A program made the translations under genes and the position numbers. Shown piece after piece: positions 21,190 through 31,416 of a DNA stretch of 64,000 nucleotides (positions are counted from its first letter, which is position 1; every line of letters starts with the position of its first letter). This stretch comes from an uncultured bacterium (GTDB taxonomy: Bacteria; Oederibacteriota; PGYV01; CAWJRG01): positions 416,001 through 480,000 of the forward strand of contig CAWJRG010000009.1 in the NCBI GenBank assembly GCA_963845185.1. Reading direction: 5' to 3'. Under the pieces are notes generated by a model. The model worked only from the letters and a program-made list of their open reading frames with translations, searched no databases and had not been told where the DNA came from.

Positions 21190-23523
21190 TTATTGTTGAG
21201 GCTTACCCTCTTGCTGTTTGGCAATTTCTTTCTGCAGGTCAGGGTTAAGCTGGAAAGCCTTTGAAAGATATGGATTGGCTTGATCCCTTTTCCCTGTGGC
21301 TGCATAAAGAACTCCAAGGTTATAGTAAGCCTGGGCGAAATCCGGCGTCAATTCTACAACTTTTAGGTAATATTTTTCAGCGTCATTGAATTTTTTGCTT
21401 GTGAAATAAATATTTGCAAGCTTAAAAGCCGCGGTTGAAGCGAGCTGTTTATCACATTGCATGAGAGAGTCAAGAATTGGTGGTATTTTATCAAGCTGAT
21501 AAAGCAAAAAATACAGGTCTATGAGATTAAAATAAAAAAGGCCAGTGACAGGAGCCCTTTTTATAGCTTCTGCATAATAATATATTGAACTATTGAAGGA
21601 GTCCATATTTACGAATTTCCCGGAAGCAAAATCAGGGTTTTGCATCCTGCCGAGCAGGGAGTATATCCGGGCTATATTTCCCCAATAATAGGAATTGCCC
21701 GGATTTAAATCAGTGCCTTTTTTATATTCTTTGATTGCAATTTCTATATAATTTGCGACTGACTGTATAAGTTGCTGTTTTTCATCGATAGTCGGTGGTT
21801 TGGTAGTTGATGTTAACGCAGTGTACATTTGCAGGGCAAGCTGTTCGTAAGCTAAACCTAGATAAACATGGTATTTAACTTCGTCCGGTTCCTCTCTAAC
21901 TGAAATTTCATGTTCTTTTACAGACAAGTCCCATCTGTTATAGACATCGCCAAGGATTTTACCCCTGTTATAGTGCACATCAGCGTCAAATATGCTGTAT
22001 GCCCTGAATGAGAGGAAAAATGCGAGAAAAACAGCCCCGAACTGCAATATCCACCTGAAAATTATGTTTGCTTCCGAAGACCTGTAAAACACAAAGTCTT
22101 TTTTTTTGGTACCGTAAAGGTCGTTGTAAATTACAGCATGGATGCCCATGAATAAATAAAACGCGGTATTTATTGCCGCTACGCCGAAACTGAATATATT
22201 TTGTATAAAATACGCAATAAAGGCGGCAAACATGCCGAAAGAAAGGATTTTAAGATCGTATTCCTTTATGCGCCTGAACCCGTCAGCCCACAACTTTATA
22301 TAAGCCACAATTAAAAGCAAATAAATGCCCAGCGAAGACAGACCCATGGTCGAAGGTATATTCAGGAGCTCGTTATGCGCGGTCCTTGACGATACATTGG
22401 CTCCGTCAATTTGCGCGAAATTCGTTCCCTCGTAAGCAGGGAACACGGTCTTAAAGGTGTCAACGCCAGTCCCCAAAAAAGGGTGGGCTTTAATAACTTT
22501 GAAAGCAGGGATCCATATATGCAGGCGAGATATTTGCAGGCTGTTTTTCACATGAACTATTGAATTCAACAAGCGGAATGACGCATCTTTGCCTATTGTT
22601 AAACTCAGGGCTACAGACAGTATAATTACAACAAGCAGACCGACAATCCAGACTTGAAATTTTTTAACGAGTGTCCGTAAAACCAAGAAAACTGAAATGT
22701 GAGTCTCCTCCGAAGTTTTCACAATGTCTTTATACCCAACGTAAAGGCCATAAGAAATGAAAGACAGAAAGGCAAAAACAAAACCCAGGAAAGGGCCGCG
22801 GCTTTGCGTGCCGATTAAAGCCATGTAAAGCAACACAAAAAGCACAACCAGCAACATTGCGAAATTTTTTTTCTGGTTTTTTAGCAGGATAAGGAAAAAA
22901 GATATAGTGACAGGTATTACCATTATTATAAGAGCGCCCAAAAAATTAGGATTTCCCATAGTTGCGAAAAAGCGTCCTTTTATGACGGACGTATCGTTCC
23001 ATTTTATTATGTCATACCCGAAATACTGGGCTATGGCATACACCGTAATTATTAGACCGGAAAACAAAAAGGCCCAATTCAGAACAAAAAACTGTTTTTT
23101 CCCCTTTAAATTCTGGGTTGCTATATAATAAATTGCAACATAATTTATATTTGAAAGCGAGCCTGCAAAATTTTCATATTCGCCCCTGAAACTTATGGAA
23201 GGGGATACACTGTGAAAAGTGGTTATGATATTTAAAATAACCCATAAAAACATAGGTAAATCGAGAGGGGTAGGCGTGAAGGAAAATTTTCCCAGCTCAA
23301 GAGTTTTTATCAGCCATATACCCAGCATTACGGAAGTGAGTATCCTTAAAAGTGTCAGTTTGGGCATTTCAAACTGGTCGTAAGAAACAATGTTAAAGTA
23401 AATAGGAATTGTAAAAATAGTTATAACGAGCAAATAAAACAATATTTTATCGCACCATTCGACGACCAAATTTCCGTTATTGATTATTACCTGAGGTTTT
23501 TGCTGTATTTTATCTTTTGCCAT
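21190..23523 (-). CDS. O-antigen ligase / O-oligosaccharyltransferase-like (Wzy_C) membrane protein with C-terminal TPRs
   Basis: T.GNPNFLG, TQSRG, R..IW......I...PFLGTG..TF, AHNE.L motifs; TPR tail. Confidence 0.85.
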   Translation of the reverse strand: MAKDKIQQKPQVIINNGNLVVEWCDKILFYLLVITIFTIPIYFNIVSYDQFEMPKLTLLRILTSVMLGIWLIKTLELGKFSFTPTPLDLPMFLWVILNIITTFHSVSPSISFRGEYENFAGSLSNINYVAIYYIATQNLKGKKQFFVLNWAFLFSGLIITVYAIAQYFGYDIIKWNDTSVIKGRFFATMGNPNFLGALIIMVIPVTISFFLILLKNQKKNFAMLLVVLFVLLYMALIGTQSRGPFLGFVFAFLSFISYGLYVGYKDIVKTSEETHISVFLVLRTLVKKFQVWIVGLLVVIILSVALSLTIGKDASFRLLNSIVHVKNSLQISRLHIWIPAFKVIKAHPFLGTGVDTFKTVFPAYEGTNFAQIDGANVSSRTAHNELLNIPSTMGLSSLGIYLLLIVAYIKLWADGFRRIKEYDLKILSFGMFAAFIAYFIQNIFSFGVAAINTAFYLFMGIHAVIYNDLYGTKKKDFVFYRSSEANIIFRWILQFGAVFLAFFLSFRAYSIFDADVHYNRGKILGDVYNRWDLSVKEHEISVREEPDEVKYHVYLGLAYEQLALQMYTALTSTTKPPTIDEKQQLIQSVANYIEIAIKEYKKGTDLNPGNSYYWGNIARIYSLLGRMQNPDFASGKFVNMDSFNSSIYYYAEAIKRAPVTGLFYFNLIDLYFLLYQLDKIPPILDSLMQCDKQLASTAAFKLANIYFTSKKFNDAEKYYLKVVELTPDFAQAYYNLGVLYAATGKRDQANPYLSKAFQLNPDLQKEIAKQQEGKPQQ

Positions 23524-23573
23524 CTTGATTTAGGCTCCGAATTTAATGATTTTATAATAAAATTAATAAAGAT

Positions 23574-23718
23574 AGTATAGGAATAAAAATATGCTAAGTC
23601 AATATATAAATTGCCAAACATAAAACGAGTCGAGGTAATACAATCATTTTACTCCGCTTTTATTAACGTAATCCTAATTATTTATATTCTTGACTTCACG
23701 ATAAAAAACTATTAGAAT
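23574..23718. promoter_or_regulatory. Divergent sigma70 promoters
   Basis: Minus strand: TTGACT(23602-23597)-17-TATACT(23579-23574). Plus strand: TTGACT(23690)-17-TAGAAT(23713). Confidence 0.6.
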
Positions 23719-23785
23719 ATCTTGCGTATTTAAACACATTTTTATTGGGAAATATTTTGTCTAAAAATCGACTTAGGAGACGATA

Positions 23786-24706
23786 ATGAAAAAAAAGATC
23801 TTATGGGGTTTAATATTAGGCATATTGGTAATATATCTTGCTTTCGCGCAGTTTGGACATTTGTTTGACCAAAAACAAAGTTTATTGTACGGGACGAGAA
23901 TTGCACTTATAAATATAGATGGGGAAATTTTGGAAACAACGCATACTCTTGAAATGTTAAATTATTACAGCAATATGCCCAATGTAAAGGTTATTGTCTT
24001 AAGAATCAACAGCCCGGGCGGGGGAGTTGCCGCATCGCAGGAAATATTCAAGCAGATTAAAAAAACTAAGGAAAAAGGTAAAAAAATTGTTGTTTCAATG
24101 TCTGATTCTGCAGCCTCGGGTGCATACTATATATCTGCTGCGGCTGACAAAATAGTCGCGAATCCAGGAACAATTACTGGCAGTATTGGCGTGATTATAA
24201 GCTATCCGTACGCAAAAAAGCTTCTTGATAAAATCGGTCTTGATTTTATAACAATAAAAAGCGGTCAATATAAGGATGTAGGCTCGCTTTCGAGGGAAAC
24301 TTCGGTAAACGAAAGAAAGCTGTTACAAAACATGATTAATGATGTGCTAAATCAATTTGTTGATGATGTTGTAAATTCCAGGCTTGAGGCGCTGGCAAAA
24401 GCATTTAAAATCACAGAAAAGAAAGAAGAGACAAAAAGAAAACTCGTTAAGGAATATATGCTTAAAAATGTGGCAGATGGAAGGATACTCACCGGCAGGC
24501 AGGCATTACAGCTCGGCCTGGTTGACGAGCTGGGAAACATTGACGACGCGATAGAGGCAGCTGCAAAAATGGCCGGTATTAAAGGAAGGCCTCTTGTCAT
24601 ATCAGAAAAACCAAAACAATCATTCGCAAATATGCTTTCGTCAATGATTGGAAATATAAATTTTAGGCAGGATTCAGGGGCGATGATAAAGTATATTTTA
24701 AAATAA
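23786..24706 (+). CDS. sppA: Signal peptide peptidase SppA (36K type)
   Basis: LRINSPGG, AASGAYYI, TITGSIGVI, KSG.YKD, DGRILTG.QAL.LGLVDELG. Confidence 0.93.
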   Translation: MKKKILWGLILGILVIYLAFAQFGHLFDQKQSLLYGTRIALINIDGEILETTHTLEMLNYYSNMPNVKVIVLRINSPGGGVAASQEIFKQIKKTKEKGKKIVVSMSDSAASGAYYISAAADKIVANPGTITGSIGVIISYPYAKKLLDKIGLDFITIKSGQYKDVGSLSRETSVNERKLLQNMINDVLNQFVDDVVNSRLEALAKAFKITEKKEETKRKLVKEYMLKNVADGRILTGRQALQLGLVDELGNIDDAIEAAAKMAGIKGRPLVISEKPKQSFANMLSSMIGNINFRQDSGAMIKYILK

Positions 24707-24812
24707 ATAATACCGCTAATTCTTTTGATTTGAGCGGGTATAAGTTTTTGCAATACTTTGCCTGCGACTGTTGATGGCTTGGCAAAGTAAATGAATTCTA
24801 AGGAGGAATTGT

Positions 24813-27122
24813 ATGGCTGATAACGTTGATAATCAGGATAAAAAAGGTCCGAAAGATGTAACTCCAAATCCTTTGGAAGAAGCTACGGCAAAAAAACAAA
24901 CACCACCACCGGAAACGGAAGAAGCGGCCCCTGCGCCTGGGCAACAGGCTGAAGGTGTTGCTGAACCGGCAGCAGAACAGCCCAAGCCCGAAGAGCCGCC
25001 AAAGATTTTAAAAGGGATATTTCTTAATTCTATTACATGGAACAGGACAGCCCAGCTTATTCTTATTGTTGCCGGAGTTTTTGCTTTAATTCTTTCAATA
25101 AGCATGAAAGTTTTTATTCCTTTGCCCGCTACTATTGGCGCGTTGCTGCTTGCACTTGCCGCATTTTTTGACAGCTACATACTTAAAAAATTCCACAAAG
25201 ACGCAGGTAAACTGCAGATAATGCTCAGATATGTGTTAACGGGAGTTTTAGGAATAATGGCTATAGTTTTTGCAATTCAGCTTGCCAAGCCTTACAGCAG
25301 GGAAATGAACAACAACCTAATGATGTTCGCTTTTTTGATCGCACTGATAGTAGTAATAATCAATTTTGTGCTGTATTTGCATAAGAATAAAGATGCGGCT
25401 CTTGCGGATATTTATTTATTTGTTGCATTTGTGGCAATTGTTATGGCATTTTATATTTTCAGGTATTTTTATATAGTGCCGGCCATGACACTTGCACTTG
25501 CAGGAGCTATACTTCTTTCCATGTCACTTTCAAAGGAGCCTTTGCGCACAGACGAAAAGTTTCCAATTAAAATACTGGGTGTAATCCTTATGCTTTTGTT
25601 TCTGGCGCCGATTGTGTATTATGCATTGACAATTTATTTTACTCCTCAGGCGAACGTCATGGAATATACAACTGTTTCACCCGAGTACAACAACAGGCCA
25701 GAGAATCTTGCGTGGTCGGGCGACAATAAGTCCCTTGTATTTAGTGTTTTTAGTAAAAAGAAAAAAATGGGAATAGTTTCAATTATTAATGCCCTCAGCG
25801 CAGGGACGGCCGAATTACCCCCTGAAGGCGATACTAAGTTAACACTCCCGGAATTTATTGATGCTCCTCAATGGAATAAGGCGAGCAATTTTATAATATT
25901 GACGGGTGGAAATACTGAAACAGGCCCGAGAAATATATGGGGGATCTCGCTTGCGCTATCAAAAATGCAGCAGCCCTTAAAAAACAATAAAGATAAAGAA
26001 AATAACACGCGCCTTCTTGTATCCGATATAAAAAAAATAATCGATGTGGAATGCTTGCCGGTTACTCATAAAACAGCATGGTCTTCAGATTCGAAGAAAT
26101 TTGTGTTCGCGGCAAAAACAAAAAAGGAAGGATTATTCAACCTCTGGACTTCTGATATAAACAGGCAGTCGATAACGCCGATTACAAAGGGCTTTAAGAA
26201 AATTTTTCCTTTATGGTCCCCTGCAGAAGATAAAATCCTTTATGTGAGCAAAACAGATAGCTATTCATATCTTAAAATTTCAAATTATGACGGTTCAAAC
26301 GCGCATGAATTCAATCCCGGCAGAAAAAGCGACAGGGAACTGCTGCCTTGTTGGGACCCGAATGAGTCAAAGGTTATTTTCCTTGCTAAAGGCAAGGAGC
26401 TTATGATAATGAATGCCAATGCGACAAAAAAAGCAAAGCTCACCAGGGAAACATTTACTCCGAGAGATCACTGGCTTTCCCCAGAAAGAAAAAAATTAAG
26501 AATTAACTTTACTGAAACAGGAGACATATGGAGGGTATGGACCATTGAAAACAACGGCAAACATAATAAGGAAATATTTAAACAGGCCTGCAGCGGATTT
26601 ACCCAGCCTAAATGGAGCTACGACGGCAATAATATTGCATTAAACGCGGATTACGGGAAAACGAACTCAATATGGATATTCGGGAAAAACGGCGAAATCC
26701 CTTTGAAAATTTATACGTCAGAGGATAAAATAAGTTTTCTTGAATGGTCCCCGTCATCAAAAAAACTCGCTTTTCTTGTAAAGAAGTTTTTAAAACAGGA
26801 GCTCTGGGTGATCAACAGCGACGGAACCAAGCCTAAAAAGCTTTATTCCACTTTTGGCGACATCGGAAACGTTTCATGGGATAACGACGACAAGCGCCTT
26901 GTTTTTGACGAAACATTCAGCCATATATTGTTTGTGCCCGAAATAACCACTGCGAAAATAGTCCATTCCAAAACCGGGGAAATATGGAGGCTGTTACCCT
27001 ATAACTTTTATTCAAAATACCCAGCGTGGTCCGAAAAGGGCGACATGATAGCTTACATAGGCTGGAAAGAGATATGGTTGCCTTCAGCTGTATATAAAAT
27101 TTGGATAGCAAGGCTGCAATAA
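24813..27122 (+). CDS. Multi-pass membrane protein fused to TolB-like (PD40) beta-propeller
   Basis: Acidic Pro-rich N-terminus, about 7 TM helices, repeated P.WS.DG..I.F motifs. Confidence 0.7.
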   Translation: MADNVDNQDKKGPKDVTPNPLEEATAKKQTPPPETEEAAPAPGQQAEGVAEPAAEQPKPEEPPKILKGIFLNSITWNRTAQLILIVAGVFALILSISMKVFIPLPATIGALLLALAAFFDSYILKKFHKDAGKLQIMLRYVLTGVLGIMAIVFAIQLAKPYSREMNNNLMMFAFLIALIVVIINFVLYLHKNKDAALADIYLFVAFVAIVMAFYIFRYFYIVPAMTLALAGAILLSMSLSKEPLRTDEKFPIKILGVILMLLFLAPIVYYALTIYFTPQANVMEYTTVSPEYNNRPENLAWSGDNKSLVFSVFSKKKKMGIVSIINALSAGTAELPPEGDTKLTLPEFIDAPQWNKASNFIILTGGNTETGPRNIWGISLALSKMQQPLKNNKDKENNTRLLVSDIKKIIDVECLPVTHKTAWSSDSKKFVFAAKTKKEGLFNLWTSDINRQSITPITKGFKKIFPLWSPAEDKILYVSKTDSYSYLKISNYDGSNAHEFNPGRKSDRELLPCWDPNESKVIFLAKGKELMIMNANATKKAKLTRETFTPRDHWLSPERKKLRINFTETGDIWRVWTIENNGKHNKEIFKQACSGFTQPKWSYDGNNIALNADYGKTNSIWIFGKNGEIPLKIYTSEDKISFLEWSPSSKKLAFLVKKFLKQELWVINSDGTKPKKLYSTFGDIGNVSWDNDDKRLVFDETFSHILFVPEITTAKIVHSKTGEIWRLLPYNFYSKYPAWSEKGDMIAYIGWKEIWLPSAVYKIWIARLQ

Positions 27123-27273
27123 TTCAGATAACGAAGGGTTGTTGTGCGCGGCAAAAAGATATAGGTTTACAAATCACAAATTACGTGATAAGCTTATATT
27201 CATTAATTACGAAGTTAATTATTAAACATTCGAACAATCTCATATAAAGCTTGATTCTCTTTTTTTTACAACG

Positions 27274-27291
27274 AAGTGAATTTTTTCACAT
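27274..27291 (+). promoter_or_regulatory. Rex-like operator upstream of the hdr/mvh operon
   Basis: aaGTGAA-tttt-TTCACat matches the core of the Rex consensus TTGTGAA-N4-TTCACAA. Confidence 0.45.
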
Positions 27292-27332
27292 TAATTAATT
27301 TTATTAAAATTCATTTTTTAAGGAGTAAAAAA

Positions 27333-27926
27333 ATGTTGTCAAACAAAAAAGAAAAGGAACTTTCGCAGATTATTGCAAAAGAATTTGAACATTTGCCCGA
27401 GGGTGAAAAACTTAAGGAGTGCATCCAGTGCGGGACATGCTCGGGAAGCTGCCCTGTATCATTTGCCATGGATTATACACCACGTCAAATTATCGCAATG
27501 CTCCGCGCCGATATGATAAATGAGGTTTTAAAAAGCGACACGGTCTGGATATGCGCTTCGTGCTATCTTTGCGGCGCGCGCTGCCCGGCGGGCATTAATT
27601 TTACAGACTTTATGTACCATTTGAAACAGGAAGGCATCAAATACGGCATAGGGCCGCGCAACAAGAAAGCCATCAAGATGGCAAAAGATTTCGGCACTGT
27701 AGTGAGCGAGCACGGGCGGAACTTTGAATCCGAGTTACTGGTCAGGTATAACCTGCGCACAAACCCCTTTAATTTTTTCAAACTAATACCGCTTGCTATA
27801 AAAATGCTTTTGACAAAAAGGATGCCTTTTTTCCCGTCGAGAGTTAAAGGCATTAAGTTCATAAGAAAGGTCTTGAAATCTAAAACCACGCCCAAGCCTG
27901 CGGAAAAAGCCGAGGTGGTATCATGA
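27333..27926 (+). CDS. hdrC: Heterodisulfide reductase subunit C
   Basis: CIQCGTCSGSCP and W.CASCYLC.ARCP 2x[4Fe-4S] motifs; AAGGAG RBS before the ATG at 27333. Confidence 0.9.
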   Translation: MLSNKKEKELSQIIAKEFEHLPEGEKLKECIQCGTCSGSCPVSFAMDYTPRQIIAMLRADMINEVLKSDTVWICASCYLCGARCPAGINFTDFMYHLKQEGIKYGIGPRNKKAIKMAKDFGTVVSEHGRNFESELLVRYNLRTNPFNFFKLIPLAIKMLLTKRMPFFPSRVKGIKFIRKVLKSKTTPKPAEKAEVVS

Positions 27927-28795
27927 AAAAATATACTTATTACCCGGGATGTTCGCTTGAAATAAGCAATAAACCTTACGACGAATCCACAAAGGAGCTG
28001 TTCAAGGCGCTCGGGCTGCAGCTTGAGGAAGTGCCTGACTGGAACTGCTGCGGCGCTACCATGTATATGAGTTTCGACGAGCACAAAGCTGTGTACCTCG
28101 CGGCGCGCAACCTGGCAATAGCTGAAAAGACCGGATATGACATGGCTGTGCCATGCAGCGCATGTTTTACTGTGCTGCAAAAAGCCAAAAAATTCCTGAA
28201 AGCAGAAGAAGGCCTGGAGGAAAAAATAAATTCCATGCTTAAGGAAGAGGGGCTGGCATACAGCGGTAAAGTCAAAATCAGGAACATTCTTGAAATAATA
28301 TATAACGATATCGGCGCTGACATTAAAAGCTCGGTAAAGCGCAATTTGAAGGATATAAAAGTAGCCTGCTACTACGGCTGCCAGCTTGTAAGGCCAAAGG
28401 GCACTTTTGACGATACCGAGAACCCGGAAAAGCTCGACAAGCTAATGTCCTGGTGCGGAGCATCGCCGGTGTTTTTTGACGCAAAGACGAAATGTTGCGG
28501 CGGAATGCTCATGACAACAAAGGAGGATGTTGCCATGAAGCTCGTTCGAGACATACTTTCTGCGGCCAAACAGGCAGGCGCTGACTGCCTTGTGACCGCT
28601 TGCCCGCTTTGCCAGATAAATCTCGAAGGGTACCAGGCGGCAATAAGCAGGAAATTCAAGGAAAAACTCGACATACCAATACTTTATTTTACTCAGCTTG
28701 CCGGATATGCGCTAGGCATAGATGAAAAAAGGCTGGGGATAAAGGAAAATTTTACTGATTCAAAGAAAACCCTTGCCAAAGCAGGAGGTAACTGA
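27923..28795 (+). CDS. hdrB: Heterodisulfide reductase subunit B
   Basis: Two CCG domains (YYPGC, WNCCGA, YYGC, CCGG, CPLCQ.NL). Confidence 0.92.
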   Translation: MKKYTYYPGCSLEISNKPYDESTKELFKALGLQLEEVPDWNCCGATMYMSFDEHKAVYLAARNLAIAEKTGYDMAVPCSACFTVLQKAKKFLKAEEGLEEKINSMLKEEGLAYSGKVKIRNILEIIYNDIGADIKSSVKRNLKDIKVACYYGCQLVRPKGTFDDTENPEKLDKLMSWCGASPVFFDAKTKCCGGMLMTTKEDVAMKLVRDILSAAKQAGADCLVTACPLCQINLEGYQAAISRKFKEKLDIPILYFTQLAGYALGIDEKRLGIKENFTDSKKTLAKAGGN

Positions 28796-28797
28796 CA

Positions 28798-30772
28798 ATG
28801 AATAAAGATAACGGCAAGCAAAAAAGAATAGGAGTTTATATCTGCCACTGCGGCACAAACATAGCCCACACTGTAAACGTAAACGAGGTGGCGGAATTCG
28901 CGAAAAAGCTGCCGGGCGTGGCGCTTGTAAAGGATTATAAATATATGTGTTCGGACCCGGGGCAGGAAATGATAAAAGAGGACGTGAAAAAAGACAACCT
29001 GACGCATATAGTCGTTGCATCGTGCTCGCCTCTTATGCACGAGCAGACTTTTAGGGGAGCTGTAAAAGCGGCGGGCCTGAACGAATTCATGTTCCAGATG
29101 GCAAATATCAGGGAGCAGTGCTCATGGGTATCCATGGACAATGCGCGTTCCACTGAAAAAGCAAAAAAACTTGTGGCAGCGGCTGTCAAAAGGGTGGGCA
29201 ATCACGAGCCGCTTGAGTTCAGGGAAGTGCCTGTGAACCCGGCAACCCTTGTGGTTGGCGGCGGCATAGCCGGAATAGAAGCTGCGCTGACCATAGCTGC
29301 TGCAGGGAAAAAAGTTTATCTGGTAGAAAAATCACCGACAATAGGCGGGCACATGGCGAAATTCGACAAGACTTTTCCCACGCTTGACTGCGCAGCGTGC
29401 ATTTTAACTCCTAAAATGGTTTCTGTAGCCCAGAATAAGAATATTGAACTCATGTCATATAGCGAAGTCGAGGATGTCAAGGGCTATGTCGGTAATTTTA
29501 CGGTACAAATAAGGAAAAAAGCCCGTTATATAGACGTATCAAAATGCACCGGCTGCGGGCTTTGCGAGGCCATATGCCCGGTGAAAAATATACCGAGCGA
29601 GTTTGAGGAAAATATCGGAAAAAGAAAATCCGTGTACAGGCCTTTTCCTCAGGCCATACCCTCGGCTTACATCATAGACATGGCTACATGCAAAAAATGC
29701 AAGGCGTGCATAAAAAAATGCGATAGGGGTGCGATAAACCTGGATATGAAAGATGAGATGGTGACAGTGGATGTGGGCAATATAATAGTGACGACAGGTT
29801 ATAATATATTTAAGGACAAGAAATACCTGGAACGGTACGGATACGGAATTTATGACAATGTTTACACTTCGCTTGAATTTGAGAGGTTCACGCATGCGAG
29901 CGGGCCGACAAACGGAACAATAGTAATGAAAGACGGCAAGGAGCCGAAGTCTGTCGCGATACTTCACTGCATTGGAAGCAGGGATACAAATGCAAACGAG
30001 CACTGTTCCAGAGTATGCTGTATGTATTCCATGAAGCTTGCGCACCTTATAAAGGAAAAAACAAGCGCGAAGGTTTATGAATTTTACATAGACATCCGCG
30101 CTTTCGGCAAGGGTTACGAGGAATTTTACAAGCGCTGTCTGCATGAAGAAGTGGATTTTATAAGGGGCAAAGGCGCTGAAGTGACGAAACTCGCGGAAAC
30201 AGAAGAGGAAAAGGGAAAACTGATAGTAAGGTTTGAGGATACACTCGCTGCGAAAGTCAGAAGGCTGCCTGTGGACATGGTTGTATTAAGCGTTGGACTT
30301 CAGCCTGCAAACGATGTGGATAAAACAGCAAAAATGTTTTCATTAAGCAGGAGCAAGGACGGGTTTTTTCTTGAAAAGCATCCGAAACTCGCGCCTGTCT
30401 CTACTGCGTCTGACGGTATTTACATTGCAGGATGCGCCCAGGGGCCTAAAGGACATTCCGGATACGGTTGCCCAGGCAAACGCCGCTGCTGCGCAGGCTC
30501 TGGCAAATATAGTAAGGGGAAAAATGGTGCTTGAACCAATAACTTCTTTTATTGATGAAAAATTGTGCGCCGGCTGCAAGCTGTGCATTAGCGTGTGCCC
30601 GTACGGCGCCATAGAATTTAACGAGACTAAAAAGGTTTCAGAAATAATAGAGGCTGTATGCAAGGGCTGCGGCACATGCGTAGCAGTATGCCCGTCAGGA
30701 GCTGCCAAGCAAAGAGGATACAAGGACCCGCAAATTTATTCTGAAATAGAAGCCATACTGGAGAAAGTGTGA
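28798..30772 (+). CDS. hdrA: Heterodisulfide reductase subunit A; one extra base near 30448-30451 splits it in the ORF track
   Basis: GVYICHCGTNIA, NIREQCSW, GGGIAG FAD motif, DKTFPTLDC, CIGSRD, CSRVCC. AGCAQGPK continues in the shifted frame as DIPDTVAQA...CAGCKLC...CKGCGTC. Confidence 0.9.
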
Positions 30773-30863
30773 TTGAGTGATAAGTGGTAAGAGAAATGCA
30801 AAAATTTTTCGCTTACCACACAACACATACCACATTTTATACCCAAAAACACGGAGGTAAGAT

Positions 30864-31295
30864 ATGAGTGAAACATTTGAACCGAGAATAGTAGCGTTTT
30901 TATGCCGCTGGTGCTCATATACAGGCGCTGACCTGGCAGGAACCAGCAGGATAAAATACCCGGAAAACGTCGTGCCAATAAAAGTAATGTGCTCTGGCCG
31001 CGTTGACCCGACGTTTATATTAAAATCTTTTTCCGACGGGGCTGACGGCGTGCTTGTATGCGGCTGCCATCCGGGCGATTGTCACTATAATATAGGTAAT
31101 TATAATATGCAGAAAAGGATACCCCTTATTTATAAAATGCTGGAAGGATTCGGAATAGAAAAAGAAAGGTTTATGCTTGAATGGGTTTCAGCATCTGAAG
31201 GCGACAGGTTTGCTGAAGTGGTGAACGAGATTACAGACAAGGTAAGAAAACTTGGTGCGCTGAAGTGGAATGAAATAAAAGAAACTGTTAAATAA
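30864..31295 (+). CDS. mvhD: F420-non-reducing hydrogenase [2Fe-2S] subunit
   Basis: FLCRWCSY.GADLAG, MCSGRVDP, GCHPGDCHY, W.SASEG. Confidence 0.95.
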   Translation: MSETFEPRIVAFLCRWCSYTGADLAGTSRIKYPENVVPIKVMCSGRVDPTFILKSFSDGADGVLVCGCHPGDCHYNIGNYNMQKRIPLIYKMLEGFGIEKERFMLEWVSASEGDRFAEVVNEITDKVRKLGALKWNEIKETVK

Positions 31296-31416
31296 AAACT
31301 TGACACCTCTTGTCCTCGGCAGTAGCCTCGGACTTGAACGGGTGCTAAGATTCCGTAAGATTTTACCTGCGCTGTTGATGCTTGGTAAAATCAACGGACT
31401 CTAAGGAGGAATGAAG

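Noticed and set aside
30371..30772. Stand-alone ferredoxin gene
   Set aside because: It is the frameshifted C-terminus of HdrA.
30767..30840. Inverted repeat GTGGTAAG/CTTACCAC between hdrA and mvhD as a terminator or mobile-element end
   Set aside because: Large loop, weak U-tract and low-complexity arms; not enough support for a functional call.
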